Source: an uncultured bacterium
GTDB taxonomy: Bacteria > JAGOEH01
Direction: 5' to 3'
Length of the DNA stretch: 34,210 bases
Assembly (NCBI GenBank): GCA_964632485.1
Contig: CAZWDO010000004.1
Location: forward strand, 248,001 to 282,210
In this document: positions 9,238 through 19,115 of the stretch, piece by piece
How positions within the stretch are numbered: position 1 is the stretch's first letter
Layout: the number at the start of each line of letters is the position of its first letter
The notes under the pieces: generated by a model
Told to the model about the DNA's origin: nothing
Database searches by the model: none
The model's input: the letters and a program-made list of their open reading frames with translations, nothing else
Translations under genes and position numbers: made by a program

Positions 9238-12200
9238 ATGATGAAAAATTGGACAAAACACCTTTTTTATATTGCTATTTTTACAATGGGTACCAGTGTA
9301 ATAATGAGTTCTGTTTTGAATGCGTACAATTTACAACATGTAAAATTGCAATTAAAATGGAAACATCAGTTTCAGTTTGCCGGTTATTATGCGGCTGTAG
9401 AAAAAGGATATTATCGTGATGCAGGATTAGACGTAGAGATATTAGAAGCAGAGATCGGCAATGAGCCGATGGATGTCGTGATTGACGGTAAGGCTGAATT
9501 TGGTGTTGGAACAAGTGATGTTTTATTATACCATGCAATGGGGAAGCCATTAGTTGTCCTCGGCGTAATTTTTCAGCATTCGCCACTGGTTCTGCTATCT
9601 CTCCAAAATAGCGGGATTTCCAGTATTCATGATTTGATTGGAAAAACTGTTATGATTGAACCCCATTCAGCGGAATTGTTTGCGTATCTTAAGAATGAAC
9701 ATATTGATCTGGGAAAACTTAAGATTGTTGAGCATTCGCTGGATCCACAAAATTTAATTGATCATAAAGTTGCAGCCATATCTGCGTATTCAACTAGCGA
9801 ACCATTTGATCTAATAAAAGCAGGTTTGGAGTATAATATATTTTCTCCACGTTCCAGTGGGATTGATTTCTATGGAGATTGTCTGTTCACAACCCAGTTA
9901 GTTTTAGAAAAAAATCCAAAGCTTGTAGAAAGATTCATATCCGCATCGTTTAAAGGGTGGGAATATGCCATGCAGAATCCGGATGAAATCATTGGCGTAA
10001 TTCTTGAGAAATACTCCAATCAAAAATCCCGTGAGCAACTTCGCTTCGAATACGAAAAGATGGAACAATTGATAATTCCTTCTTTGATCGATATTGGCTA
10101 TATGTTTGAAGGAAGATGGTTGCATATTGCAAATGTTTACAAACAACTGGGAATGATACCCGATGATTACAATATGGCCGGGCTGTTGTACTTTGATGTT
10201 ATAAAGCCTGATTTTAAAAAGTATTATTTAGCTATTTTACTTATTGCAAGTGTCAGTTTGATTATTTTAATAATAGCCATAAACTATAAAAAATTAAATA
10301 ATCAACTGTATATTGAAAATGAACAAAGAAAAAAAACAGAAATAGAATTGAGAGAAGCCCGGGAAGAAGCTAACCGCGCGAATTCGGCAAAATCGGAATT
10401 TCTTGCCAACATGAGCCATGAAATACGAACTCCTTTAAATGGGGTTATTGGGTTTTCTGATTTGCTATTAAAAACTTCATTAGATAAAAATCAGCAGCAG
10501 TTTGTTGAAAATGTAAATATTTCTGCCAATGCATTGTTGGGTATTATTAATGATATTCTCGATTTTTCAAAAATTGAAGCGGGGAAACTGGAGCTTGAGT
10601 TTATCGAAACCGATATAATTGAACTGATGGAAATGGCCATTGAGATTATCAAATATCAGGCTTCCAGAAAAGGACTTGAACTATTATTGGATATCCAACC
10701 CGATATGCCCCGCGTAGCTGTTTTAGATCCAGTGAGGCTGAAACAAATTTTAGTAAATCTTTTAGGGAATGCTGTAAAATTTACCACATTTGGTGAAGTA
10801 GAATTGAAGGTGACTTTCACTGAATGTGATCAATCCAAAGGGAAATTTTGCTTTTCTGTTCGCGATTCAGGGATTGGCATCAGTGAAGAACAGCAAAAAA
10901 AACTTTTTAAATCTTTTTCACAGGCGGATAACACCACTACTCGTAAATTTGGCGGGACAGGGCTCGGACTTGTTATATCCAATTTGCTTGCTGAAAAAAT
11001 GGGAGGTAAAATTGAGTTGATCAGCTCTTCTGGTAAGGGATCCGTTTTCTATTTCACAATTGAGACTGAATTCAAGAGGGATACGAATTTTGATTTTTCA
11101 AGTCTAACTAATATTCATCGAATATTGGTCATTGATGATAATGATACTAACCGACTAATTTTAAAGCAAACTTTCGCCTATTGGGGAGTTGAATTTACTG
11201 GTTGCAGTGATGGATTGTCAGCTATTAATCTTATTAAAAAATCTGAAGCGTTTGATGTGATGATCGTTAATTATCATATACCTGACCTCAATGGACTGGA
11301 TACTATCAGAATGATATGGGAACAATTAAATCTGACTCATGAGAAGCTGCCGGTTATTCTGCTGCACAGCATAGCCGCTGGCCTTGATGTTTATGAGAAG
11401 TCAAAAGAATTAGGCGTAAAATTTCATCTAACCAAACCCGTAAAATCCAGTGAACTTTTGCAATATTTGAAAACAATTCATAGTCAGGCACAATTTAAAA
11501 CTGAAGAAAATGAAAAAGGAAAACAGGATTTAACTTATCGACCGGTAAATACTAAAATACCGTTGATACTAATCGCCGAAGATGCGGATATGAATGTTTT
11601 GCTGCTTACTGCTATTTTAAAAAATATAGCGCCCAATGCGGTGCTTTTAGAAGCTAAAAACGGTAAAGATGCGTTGGCTATGATGAAAACAAAAAAACCG
11701 GATTTGGTCTTTATGGATATCCGGATGAGGGAGATGGATGGAATAGAGGCAACTATGGCAATACGGAAATATGAAGAAAATGCAGGGGGACATATTCCGA
11801 TAATCGCATTAACTGCCGCTGTTGTAAAAGGAGAGCAAGAAAAATGTATCGATGCCGGGATGGATGATTTTTTGACAAAGCCCATTGACTGTTATGCATT
11901 AAACAACCTTCTCAATAAATATCTGGCTGAGAGCGCTGATGAGCGTGAGATCTATTTTGAAAGAATAACTGAAGATGAATCGAATCAACATTTTGATGAA
12001 ATTGGATTGCTGCAACGGTTAGACGGTAATAAGGAAGTGTTTCGAAAACTCATGGAAATAACGAACACGCAATTTCCTGGATATATAGAATCACTTGAAA
12101 AAGCGATAGGTCAATTTGACAGAGAAGAGATTAAAGAGGTAATTCATACTCTTAAAGGCGCTTCCTGGAACATGCATTTTAAACGATTGTCGGAACTTAT

Positions 12201-12327
12201 CGAGAAAATAGAAATAAGTGTTGGGGATGGCATGGATGAACTTAATGAAATATTTGTTGAGATGAAAAATGAATGGGAGAAAATTAAATCTATAATAATG
12301 GAGAAGATATTTAATAAAACTATCTAA
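9238..12327 (+). CDS. Hybrid sensor histidine kinase: NMT1/THI5-like periplasmic binding domain, TM, HisKA, HATPase, REC, REC, Hpt
   Basis: [16 protein letters not shown] sensor; H-box [16 protein letters not shown]-box [11 protein letters not shown]2 GGTGLGL; REC2 DLVFMDIRM; Hpt IHTLKGAS. Confidence 0.93.
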   Translation: MMKNWTKHLFYIAIFTMGTSVIMSSVLNAYNLQHVKLQLKWKHQFQFAGYYAAVEKGYYRDAGLDVEILEAEIGNEPMDVVIDGKAEFGVGTSDVLLYHAMGKPLVVLGVIFQHSPLVLLSLQNSGISSIHDLIGKTVMIEPHSAELFAYLKNEHIDLGKLKIVEHSLDPQNLIDHKVAAISAYSTSEPFDLIKAGLEYNIFSPRSSGIDFYGDCLFTTQLVLEKNPKLVERFISASFKGWEYAMQNPDEIIGVILEKYSNQKSREQLRFEYEKMEQLIIPSLIDIGYMFEGRWLHIANVYKQLGMIPDDYNMAGLLYFDVIKPDFKKYYLAILLIASVSLIILIIAINYKKLNNQLYIENEQRKKTEIELREAREEANRANSAKSEFLANMSHEIRTPLNGVIGFSDLLLKTSLDKNQQQFVENVNISANALLGIINDILDFSKIEAGKLELEFIETDIIELMEMAIEIIKYQASRKGLELLLDIQPDMPRVAVLDPVRLKQILVNLLGNAVKFTTFGEVELKVTFTECDQSKGKFCFSVRDSGIGISEEQQKKLFKSFSQADNTTTRKFGGTGLGLVISNLLAEKMGGKIELISSSGKGSVFYFTIETEFKRDTNFDFSSLTNIHRILVIDDNDTNRLILKQTFAYWGVEFTGCSDGLSAINLIKKSEAFDVMIVNYHIPDLNGLDTIRMIWEQLNLTHEKLPVILLHSIAAGLDVYEKSKELGVKFHLTKPVKSSELLQYLKTIHSQAQFKTEENEKGKQDLTYRPVNTKIPLILIAEDADMNVLLLTAILKNIAPNAVLLEAKNGKDALAMMKTKKPDLVFMDIRMREMDGIEATMAIRKYEENAGGHIPIIALTAAVVKGEQEKCIDAGMDDFLTKPIDCYALNNLLNKYLAESADEREIYFERITEDESNQHFDEIGLLQRLDGNKEVFRKLMEITNTQFPGYIESLEKAIGQFDREEIKEVIHTLKGASWNMHFKRLSELIEKIEISVGDGMDELNEIFVEMKNEWEKIKSIIMEKIFNKTI

Positions 12328-12411
12328 TGCCCGTTGTTCATTCAATTTTAACTTAATCACAATATAATATTTTAATTTCCAGATTACATGATTAAAAGGA
12401 GTTTGCTGAAT

Positions 12412-14094
12412 ATGAGCAGGATTGGAACGACTATCTTTTTCCTGATGTTTATGCTAATTTTTTCTATAGGCAAGGCTGCGGCTGAGCAGTGGCCAAGTAA
12501 TCATGCCGTTTTAAATCAAACGTTGAAAAACGCTCCGGTCCCAATTTTTTATGGCCTAAATGAAAGTCACAGTAATAGTTGGGCGCAGACTGCCGGGAAT
12601 GGTATAACCGGGGTGGTATATTTCCAATATGGCGAAGAGAATTGGGGGTGGGGAAACCTTGTCTATCAATCTATACTGTCGGATGGAACTGTAAATAATG
12701 AAGTCGTAACCGTTGGGACCCATCTGGAGATTTCTGTGTTGCTATATGATGCTGATTCCAATCCCCATATTTTTACGGCCAGTTCAACAAATACGGATCA
12801 GCTCATCGATCATTATTATAGATATATGGAGAACCAGTGGACTAATGAAACGATTCTGCATTTTAATAATGAGGGCGGGAAATTTATTTATGAACTGTCC
12901 GCTGACAGGGGGCCGAATGATTCTTTTCATTTATTGGCGCTCAAGACCCGTTCCAATCCCGATTCGGATGATTATTATTATGCCTTTCGCAATTCTCAAT
13001 TATATCATATCAGCAACTCAAGTGGAGATTGGGTTAAAGAGTTAATCAATCAATATGATATGGTTTATACGTTGGATGAATATTCGAAAATGATGAACCG
13101 CCAGGATATCAAAATAGACAAAAATGGCGATGTTCATGTTATTTATGGTGAACAGATCAATGCCCTGACGAATTTTTCTCCCAGCCGTTTACAGTATGCT
13201 ACCAACCAAAGCGGCCACTGGGTTGTGGAAACCGCTTTAAATTACGTAGCGAATTCGCGCGATGATGCCGGATGGTATTCTTCATTGTGTCTCGATTCAG
13301 AAAATCAGCCACATGTTTCCTGTTGTTATATCGGGCGGGTCTCCTCAGGTTCCGCTATGTATGCTAAACTGATCTATCTCAGCCGTTTGGGCGTTAATAA
13401 TTGGCAGTCCGAAGTAATCGCTGAAAATGATGACGGATATTATGGCCGGGATGGCCGTGATTATACCGGGGGGCTCACTCATCTTGTCTTTGATGATAAT
13501 AACACCCCTCATGTTATTTTTTCCGATATCGCTTCATCACATGCCGGGATGAACTATTTTAATCTGGGAAATATCCGTTATGCTGTTAAAGAATCAGGGG
13601 TATGGAATATTAGAAAAATTTATCAACAACCTGTGCCGATCGGGAATTATAATGCGACTGAAATGTATGATATGTGTTTGCTCATTTCCGATAATTCCAA
13701 TAAAATTCAGGTGATCGGCCAGGAGCTGGAGATTTTAAGTAATTCTAACTACGAGTGCCGCCTGGCGCAGTATTTGATAACCGATGCTACCTATCTTGAT
13801 GCCGGAGAATTTTTAAAACAATCTGATCTTCTTTATAATTATCCCAATCCGTTTAATCGTTCCACTATGATTAAATTTTCCCTGGCAGAACCCGGTGAAG
13901 TTCAGTTGAATATTTATAACTTGGCAGGACAAATGATCTGCTCGCTGGCCAAGGGATATCTACCGGTCGGGGAGTATGATGCCATTTGGAACGGGTTAAA
14001 TAGCAGAGGAGAACCGGTCGGGTCTGGGATCTATATTTATCATCTGATATCAGGAGAATTTTGTCTTTCGAAACGTATGCTGTTCCTTTATTGA
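12412..14094 (+). CDS. Secreted beta-propeller-like protein with T9SS type A/FlgD-Ig-like C-terminal domain
   Basis: AAGGAG at 12396-12401 favours ATG 12412 over 12388. Repeated D....PH(I/V) and YA....G.W..E blades; C-terminal NYPNPFN...IYNLAGQ...WNG...SGIYIY. Confidence 0.8.
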   Translation: MSRIGTTIFFLMFMLIFSIGKAAAEQWPSNHAVLNQTLKNAPVPIFYGLNESHSNSWAQTAGNGITGVVYFQYGEENWGWGNLVYQSILSDGTVNNEVVTVGTHLEISVLLYDADSNPHIFTASSTNTDQLIDHYYRYMENQWTNETILHFNNEGGKFIYELSADRGPNDSFHLLALKTRSNPDSDDYYYAFRNSQLYHISNSSGDWVKELINQYDMVYTLDEYSKMMNRQDIKIDKNGDVHVIYGEQINALTNFSPSRLQYATNQSGHWVVETALNYVANSRDDAGWYSSLCLDSENQPHVSCCYIGRVSSGSAMYAKLIYLSRLGVNNWQSEVIAENDDGYYGRDGRDYTGGLTHLVFDDNNTPHVIFSDIASSHAGMNYFNLGNIRYAVKESGVWNIRKIYQQPVPIGNYNATEMYDMCLLISDNSNKIQVIGQELEILSNSNYECRLAQYLITDATYLDAGEFLKQSDLLYNYPNPFNRSTMIKFSLAEPGEVQLNIYNLAGQMICSLAKGYLPVGEYDAIWNGLNSRGEPVGSGIYIYHLISGEFCLSKRMLFLY

Positions 14095-14212
14095 ATCCGG
14101 GAAAATCCGGTTTCCATTCCAAAAAATTGACCTGATTAAGTTAATTAAAGAAAGTGTTGAAGCCCATATAGATCAAGCAGAAAAAACAAATTCGTTTATA
14201 CTTCCAATATGA
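14090..14212 (+). pseudogene. Remnant of a sensor histidine kinase gene (HisKA-HATPase linker joined to a terminal strand)
   Basis: Frame from 14090 reads IESGKIRFPFQKIDLIKLIKESVEAHIDQAEKTNSFILPI*. It aligns without gaps to [32 protein letters not shown] of the 9238 kinase (11 of 32 identical by my count). No start codon. Confidence 0.72.
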
Positions 14213-14308
14213 ACTATCCAATCGACAAAACTCTATAGCCATAAAAATGGAATCATGGTTTATGATTCGTTTACATTCAATAAATTTTAACCCGAATGAG
14301 AGGCTATT

Positions 14309-14797
14309 ATGAAAAAGTTTCGTTTAATTTGCTTGGGGTGTTTGATGTGTTTATTCCAGATATTAATATCATGTCATCCGGCAGATACCACGTTTAATGT
14401 TGCTAAAGAAAAACAATTTGTTGAAAAGGCGATCCGCTCAAGCATCGGTTGGGCGAAAGAGAAGGACATTGATTTGCTGTACAGTGTTATTGCGAATGAC
14501 ACAAACTATTTAGAAGTAGATCCGAATAATCGGGTGGTGAAGGGATTTCAGGATTTTAAGAAATCGGAAGCCTTTTGGATGAATCCTGATTTTAAAGCGA
14601 TACGCTATGAAATAAATGATCTAAAAATAAACTTCTCCAAATCTGGTGAAAACGCCTGGTTTTTTTGCGTGCTCGATGATATTAATGAATGGAAGGGAGA
14701 GCCTGCCAACTGGGAAAATACAAGATGGACAGGCGTGCTGGAAAAAAGGAACAATAATTGGGTAATTGTTCAGATGCATTTTTCGTTTGCTGATTAA
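14309..14797 (+). CDS. NTF2-like (SnoaL/DUF4440-type) putative lipoprotein
   Basis: Lipobox-like ILISC; C-terminal RWTGVLEKRNNNWVIVQMHFS typical of SnoaL-like NTF2 folds; GAGAGG RBS. Confidence 0.82.
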   Translation: MKKFRLICLGCLMCLFQILISCHPADTTFNVAKEKQFVEKAIRSSIGWAKEKDIDLLYSVIANDTNYLEVDPNNRVVKGFQDFKKSEAFWMNPDFKAIRYEINDLKINFSKSGENAWFFCVLDDINEWKGEPANWENTRWTGVLEKRNNNWVIVQMHFSFAD

Positions 14798-15025
14798 CGG
14801 ATATCCATTCCCGTAATTTTATGAACGGGAGGTCACGCATTAAAAGGGATAGGATAGAGATCCGGAATCGGCGTTGGCAATTTTAGCTTTTGTTGAAGCC
14901 AAATATTCGGCGAACCCGGCTTATTAAAGCAAACATAGAAGAATCTGCCCCGACTTTGACAAAATCGAGTTGATAAGTAATTTCCATCAAAGTGTACCCA
15001 GGCAAAAATAATTTGAAAGAAGAAC

Positions 15026-15955
15026 ATGCTGTTTATAATTAAAAAAAGTAGTGTAGAATTTTTGTTTATTTTTTTCTTTATACTGTTTTTTCAATCGTGC
15101 GCACAGGAGGATACTCTCCGGAAACCGCCGGCTCAAGAGGATACGTTAATCGCTCTTGATAGCTCTCGCTCATCGGTTCAGGGGAATATTGTCAATCCCG
15201 ATGGGCGAACAATTGAATCCCGCTTTACTCCCCCGATAGGATTTGAGCGGAAATCTCTCGAAGAGAATTCGTTTGCTGCCTGGTTGCGCTGCCTACCGTT
15301 AAAACCTCATGGGACCCCTGTCATCCTTTATAATGGGGAGAAAAAGTCCAATTTAGATGCCTATGACGCTGTGGTGGAACTAAGGATTGGCAATAAAAAT
15401 CTCCATCAATGCGCGGACGCTGTCATCCGATTGCGCGCAGATTATTTATGGCAACAAAACCGCTATGATGAGATCCACTTTAATTTTACCAATGGATTTC
15501 GTGTCGATTATTCCCAGTGGATGCAGGGGAAGCGGATCATTGTCAATGGCAATAAAACTCAATGGGCTCTTCAACGCGCTCCCTCTAATACTTATCATGA
15601 TTATTGGGGATATCTGGAAACCATATTCAGCTATGCGGGAACGCTATCGCTTTCCCGGGAATTGATCCCGATGGATATTGAAGAGTTGCAAATCGGGGAT
15701 GTTTTTATCCAGGGAGGTTCTCCCGGACATGCGATTATTGTGGTGGATTTGGCGTATAATCCATCTTCTCGCAAGATAGTATTCCTTTTAGCGCAAAGCT
15801 ATATGCCTGCGCAGGAAATACAGATTTTAAAAAATTTGCAGGATGAGCAATCAAGTCCCTGGTATTCTCTGGAATTCGGTGACTTTTTGGTGACTCCTGA
15901 ATGGACCTTCAAAAAAACCGACCTAAAACGGTTTGATGCGCGACTTACCGAATAA
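15026..15955 (+). CDS. DUF4846-family putative lipoprotein
   Basis: FFQSC lipobox-like; motifs LHQCADAVIRLRA, FSYAGTLSL, GDVFIQGGSPGHA, LLAQSYMPAQEI that I recognise from this family. Confidence 0.8.
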   Translation: MLFIIKKSSVEFLFIFFFILFFQSCAQEDTLRKPPAQEDTLIALDSSRSSVQGNIVNPDGRTIESRFTPPIGFERKSLEENSFAAWLRCLPLKPHGTPVILYNGEKKSNLDAYDAVVELRIGNKNLHQCADAVIRLRADYLWQQNRYDEIHFNFTNGFRVDYSQWMQGKRIIVNGNKTQWALQRAPSNTYHDYWGYLETIFSYAGTLSLSRELIPMDIEELQIGDVFIQGGSPGHAIIVVDLAYNPSSRKIVFLLAQSYMPAQEIQILKNLQDEQSSPWYSLEFGDFLVTPEWTFKKTDLKRFDARLTE

Positions 15956-16118
15956 GGTAATGAATGCCCATGCGGTTATCGCTTTTGGAATCTGCTTCCG
16001 GTCAGTAATGGCGGAATCATTTGGATTCAAATGCTGTCTTTATTCAAGACAGGTATATTACGGAGTAAAGCATAGTTATTGATTTATCGCAAAAAATAAT
16101 AGAAATGAGGATGAAAAG

Positions 16119-18959
16119 ATGAGGCTGAGAATAGGATTGCTATGGGTAATGGAATGTTGGCTGGTGTTAGTGATGGCGCTTAGCGCGCAAACGCAAGTTA
16201 CAATCGAAACGACAAATGGGGGGCCTCAATTGATGGTTAATGGTGAAATTACGCCGCCCCGGATGTTTTGGGGTAGCCAAGGCAGCGGGAAAATTGCTAT
16301 CGGCGCCGACTGGGTTGATACTTCCTATGAATTTACGCCGTCTTTTGCGGCCAATGCTACTTTTCATTTTCGTTTCGGTAAAACAGCCGGCGAGATTTGG
16401 TTGGCAGATTTCAGAATCATCGATGCAGAATCGGGCGTTGAGGTGTTTCCTTCCGGCAGTTTTTCAACCGAAGAGGGATTCTCCGGTTCATGGAATATTT
16501 ATCCTCCGGATGAGAGTAATACAGTGGGTGAAGTTGAAGTCATTGATTCTTCCTTGCATGTAACTTTAACCAATCCACCGGCGGGTTCCCCCTGGCCTGA
16601 TTTCCATTTTTGGAGCGATCTGACGCAGCTTCCGGCGTATAAACGCTATCGATGCTGTTTTCGCATTCGCGGAGTTCCGGATCGAGAGGTTTTTCCTGCG
16701 GTTTATCATGTGGATGGCGGTTGGACGTGGGTAGGCGGCCCTCCCTCGCCATTCAATGAGGAGATTAAGTTAGCGCGGGATGCGAAAGTGAACTTTATCA
16801 CCTTTGGCGCTCCCAACTGCTGGTTGGCTCCTGAAAAAGACACGAACTGGGTGTCATTGGACTATCTGTGTCAACAAATTATCGCTATAAATCCACAAGT
16901 TTTGTTGATTCCCAGAATCGGTTTGGATGCGCCGAGCTGGTGGACGATAAAGCATCCCGAAGCATTAATGGTGTACGAAGACGGGAGTTATGGTACAAAA
17001 GCATCGGTATCGGATCGGCAATACCGAGCGGAGGCCGCCGCTCATCTTGAGCGGTTGTGCCGACATCTTGTAGAGACTTTCCCAAAAAATATGGCTGGAA
17101 TCCATCCCTGTGGACAGAATACGGGGGAATGGTTTTACGAAGGAGCCTGGGGAACAAAACTCAGTGGTTACGACCCGGCCACTCTTGATGCATGGCAGGC
17201 GTGGCCCCGCGGAACTTCGGCAATTCCATCCCCTGCCGCCCGGAGGTCAGGAACGCAACGCGCTTTGCTTGATCCGGTCGTTGACCGAAAAGTGATTGAT
17301 TTTAATTCGTTTTTGCAGGAAGAGATGGGGGATTTTATCGCCACTTTGGCGGCAGCGGCGAGACGGGGACTTGGTGAGCAAAAACTTGTTTTATTTTTCT
17401 ACGGTTATCATTATGAATTCGGCACTGTCTGGAACAGCCCCGCCGCCAGCGGACATTATGCCCTGTCTCGTCTTCTGAAATCCCCAGATATTGATATACT
17501 CTGCGGCCCTCTTTCATATTTCGATCGGCATTGGCTGGGCAGCGGGCCGGTGATGAGTTCCGCAGAAAGTATTGCCGCTGCCGGTAAACTTTGGTTTAAC
17601 GAGGATGATACCCGTACTTATCTGAATACAAACCTTGAAGATCATGCTAGATATGGCGGACTGGCGGATCTATCCCAGACTCAATCCGTGTTGCGACGGA
17701 ACCAGGGGCAAGCTGCTTTGCGGGGGTTGGGTTCCTGGTGGATGGATCACGGAGCCGGAACTGGCGGCGGGTGGTTCCTGGACCCTGAAATTTGGAAAGT
17801 CATGGATCAGCTCTATCCGTTGGATCAGGATATGCTCCTCCGTAAAGAACCATTTAATCCTGAAATTGCCGCTATTATAGACGAGAGCAGTGTACTGCAT
17901 CTGGCTGGAGGTTCGACTGTAATCGGTCGGGGGTTGCTTTATGAATCCCGGGCCGCATTGGGCCGTTGCGGCGCTGCTTATGGACAATATATGCTCGAGG
18001 ATGTGTTGGCGGGTAATGTTTCAGCGAAATTACAGATATTTCTCGCTGCCTGGGCGCTGACTCCCGAACAGCGGCAGCAACTCGTTTCTTCTCGGGCGTT
18101 CGGTACGACCCGGGTTTGGTGTTATGCTCCCGGTTATATTCTGCCCGAGGGATGCAACGTCGCTAACATGCGCGAAATCACGGGATTTAGCCACTATGCG
18201 TTAGAAATTACTTCAGCACGAGTGACACCCACTGCTGTGGGTATGGCGATGGGTATCGATTCTGCATGGGGACCCTCCCAGTCAGTTCGTCCGTTATTTG
18301 CAGCCGAAGCCGATTCGGGTGAAATCCTGGCAGTATATAGCAATGGAGCGCCAGCGGTTACTTTGAGACGCAGTGATCAGGGTCTTGATGTTTTTGTCGG
18401 TGTTCCTCAATTGACGCCGACACTGATTCGCGTTCTCTCTCGCCAGGCTGGTGTCCAATTGGTTGCGGATGATGATGCCGTTATCTGCGCAGCGGAAAAT
18501 TATCTCTCCGTTCATGCCCTTAAAGACGGGCCGCTTACCTTGAAGTTTGGCAATGAGAATCTGGTAACGGATGCTCTGGATGGATCGCCGGTAGGAGATG
18601 GCCCGGAATTTGATATCAATATTACGGCAGGCGATACGCGTTTGTTTACCTGGGTCGAAAAACTTGCAGTTGCTACCAATTCTTCCGGCGCTTCGACGGC
18701 GAATTTTCTTTTCCAAAATATTCCCAATCCATTCAATCCCTTGACCCGGATTTATTTTTCACTGTCCCGGCGGGAACATGTTACGTTGACGCTTTTTGAT
18801 GTGAATGGCCGAAAAATAGCTGTTCTTCTGAATAAGGAACTAGTCCCGGGCGAGCATTCCATTGATTTCAACGCCGCTGAATTGTCCACTGGACTCTATT
18901 TTTACCAAATCCGAACCAGTAGTTTGATCCAAACCCGCAAGATGTTGTTAATAAAATGA
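16119..18959 (+). CDS. Clan GH-A glycoside hydrolase (GH42/beta-galactosidase-like) with T9SS type A-like C-terminal domain
   Basis: Signal peptide; LMVNGE start of the barrel; GQNTGEWFY and WFNEDDTRT glutamate motifs; trimerisation-like domain EIAAIIDE; C-terminal FQNIPNPFNP...KMLLIK. Confidence 0.72.
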   Translation: MRLRIGLLWVMECWLVLVMALSAQTQVTIETTNGGPQLMVNGEITPPRMFWGSQGSGKIAIGADWVDTSYEFTPSFAANATFHFRFGKTAGEIWLADFRIIDAESGVEVFPSGSFSTEEGFSGSWNIYPPDESNTVGEVEVIDSSLHVTLTNPPAGSPWPDFHFWSDLTQLPAYKRYRCCFRIRGVPDREVFPAVYHVDGGWTWVGGPPSPFNEEIKLARDAKVNFITFGAPNCWLAPEKDTNWVSLDYLCQQIIAINPQVLLIPRIGLDAPSWWTIKHPEALMVYEDGSYGTKASVSDRQYRAEAAAHLERLCRHLVETFPKNMAGIHPCGQNTGEWFYEGAWGTKLSGYDPATLDAWQAWPRGTSAIPSPAARRSGTQRALLDPVVDRKVIDFNSFLQEEMGDFIATLAAAARRGLGEQKLVLFFYGYHYEFGTVWNSPAASGHYALSRLLKSPDIDILCGPLSYFDRHWLGSGPVMSSAESIAAAGKLWFNEDDTRTYLNTNLEDHARYGGLADLSQTQSVLRRNQGQAALRGLGSWWMDHGAGTGGGWFLDPEIWKVMDQLYPLDQDMLLRKEPFNPEIAAIIDESSVLHLAGGSTVIGRGLLYESRAALGRCGAAYGQYMLEDVLAGNVSAKLQIFLAAWALTPEQRQQLVSSRAFGTTRVWCYAPGYILPEGCNVANMREITGFSHYALEITSARVTPTAVGMAMGIDSAWGPSQSVRPLFAAEADSGEILAVYSNGAPAVTLRRSDQGLDVFVGVPQLTPTLIRVLSRQAGVQLVADDDAVICAAENYLSVHALKDGPLTLKFGNENLVTDALDGSPVGDGPEFDINITAGDTRLFTWVEKLAVATNSSGASTANFLFQNIPNPFNPLTRIYFSLSRREHVTLTLFDVNGRKIAVLLNKELVPGEHSIDFNAAELSTGLYFYQIRTSSLIQTRKMLLIK

Positions 18960-19115
18960 ATATAGCGACCAACCTGCAATTGCAATCGGATATCAGAAAA
19001 CTAGTGCATTAAGACACCATTTATTAAAATAAAGAGCATTCAGAAAATGCCAATCCTTTATTAAAGTGATACGGAATAAATTTTTACTGTTAACCCCTTG
19101 GATGGACTGTTTAAA

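Noticed and set aside
4020..14830. CCGTAA...AACGG inverted repeats at 4020-4041 and 14809-14830 as a shared operator
   Set aside because: Spacers differ in length and there are only two copies; indistinguishable from generic hairpins.
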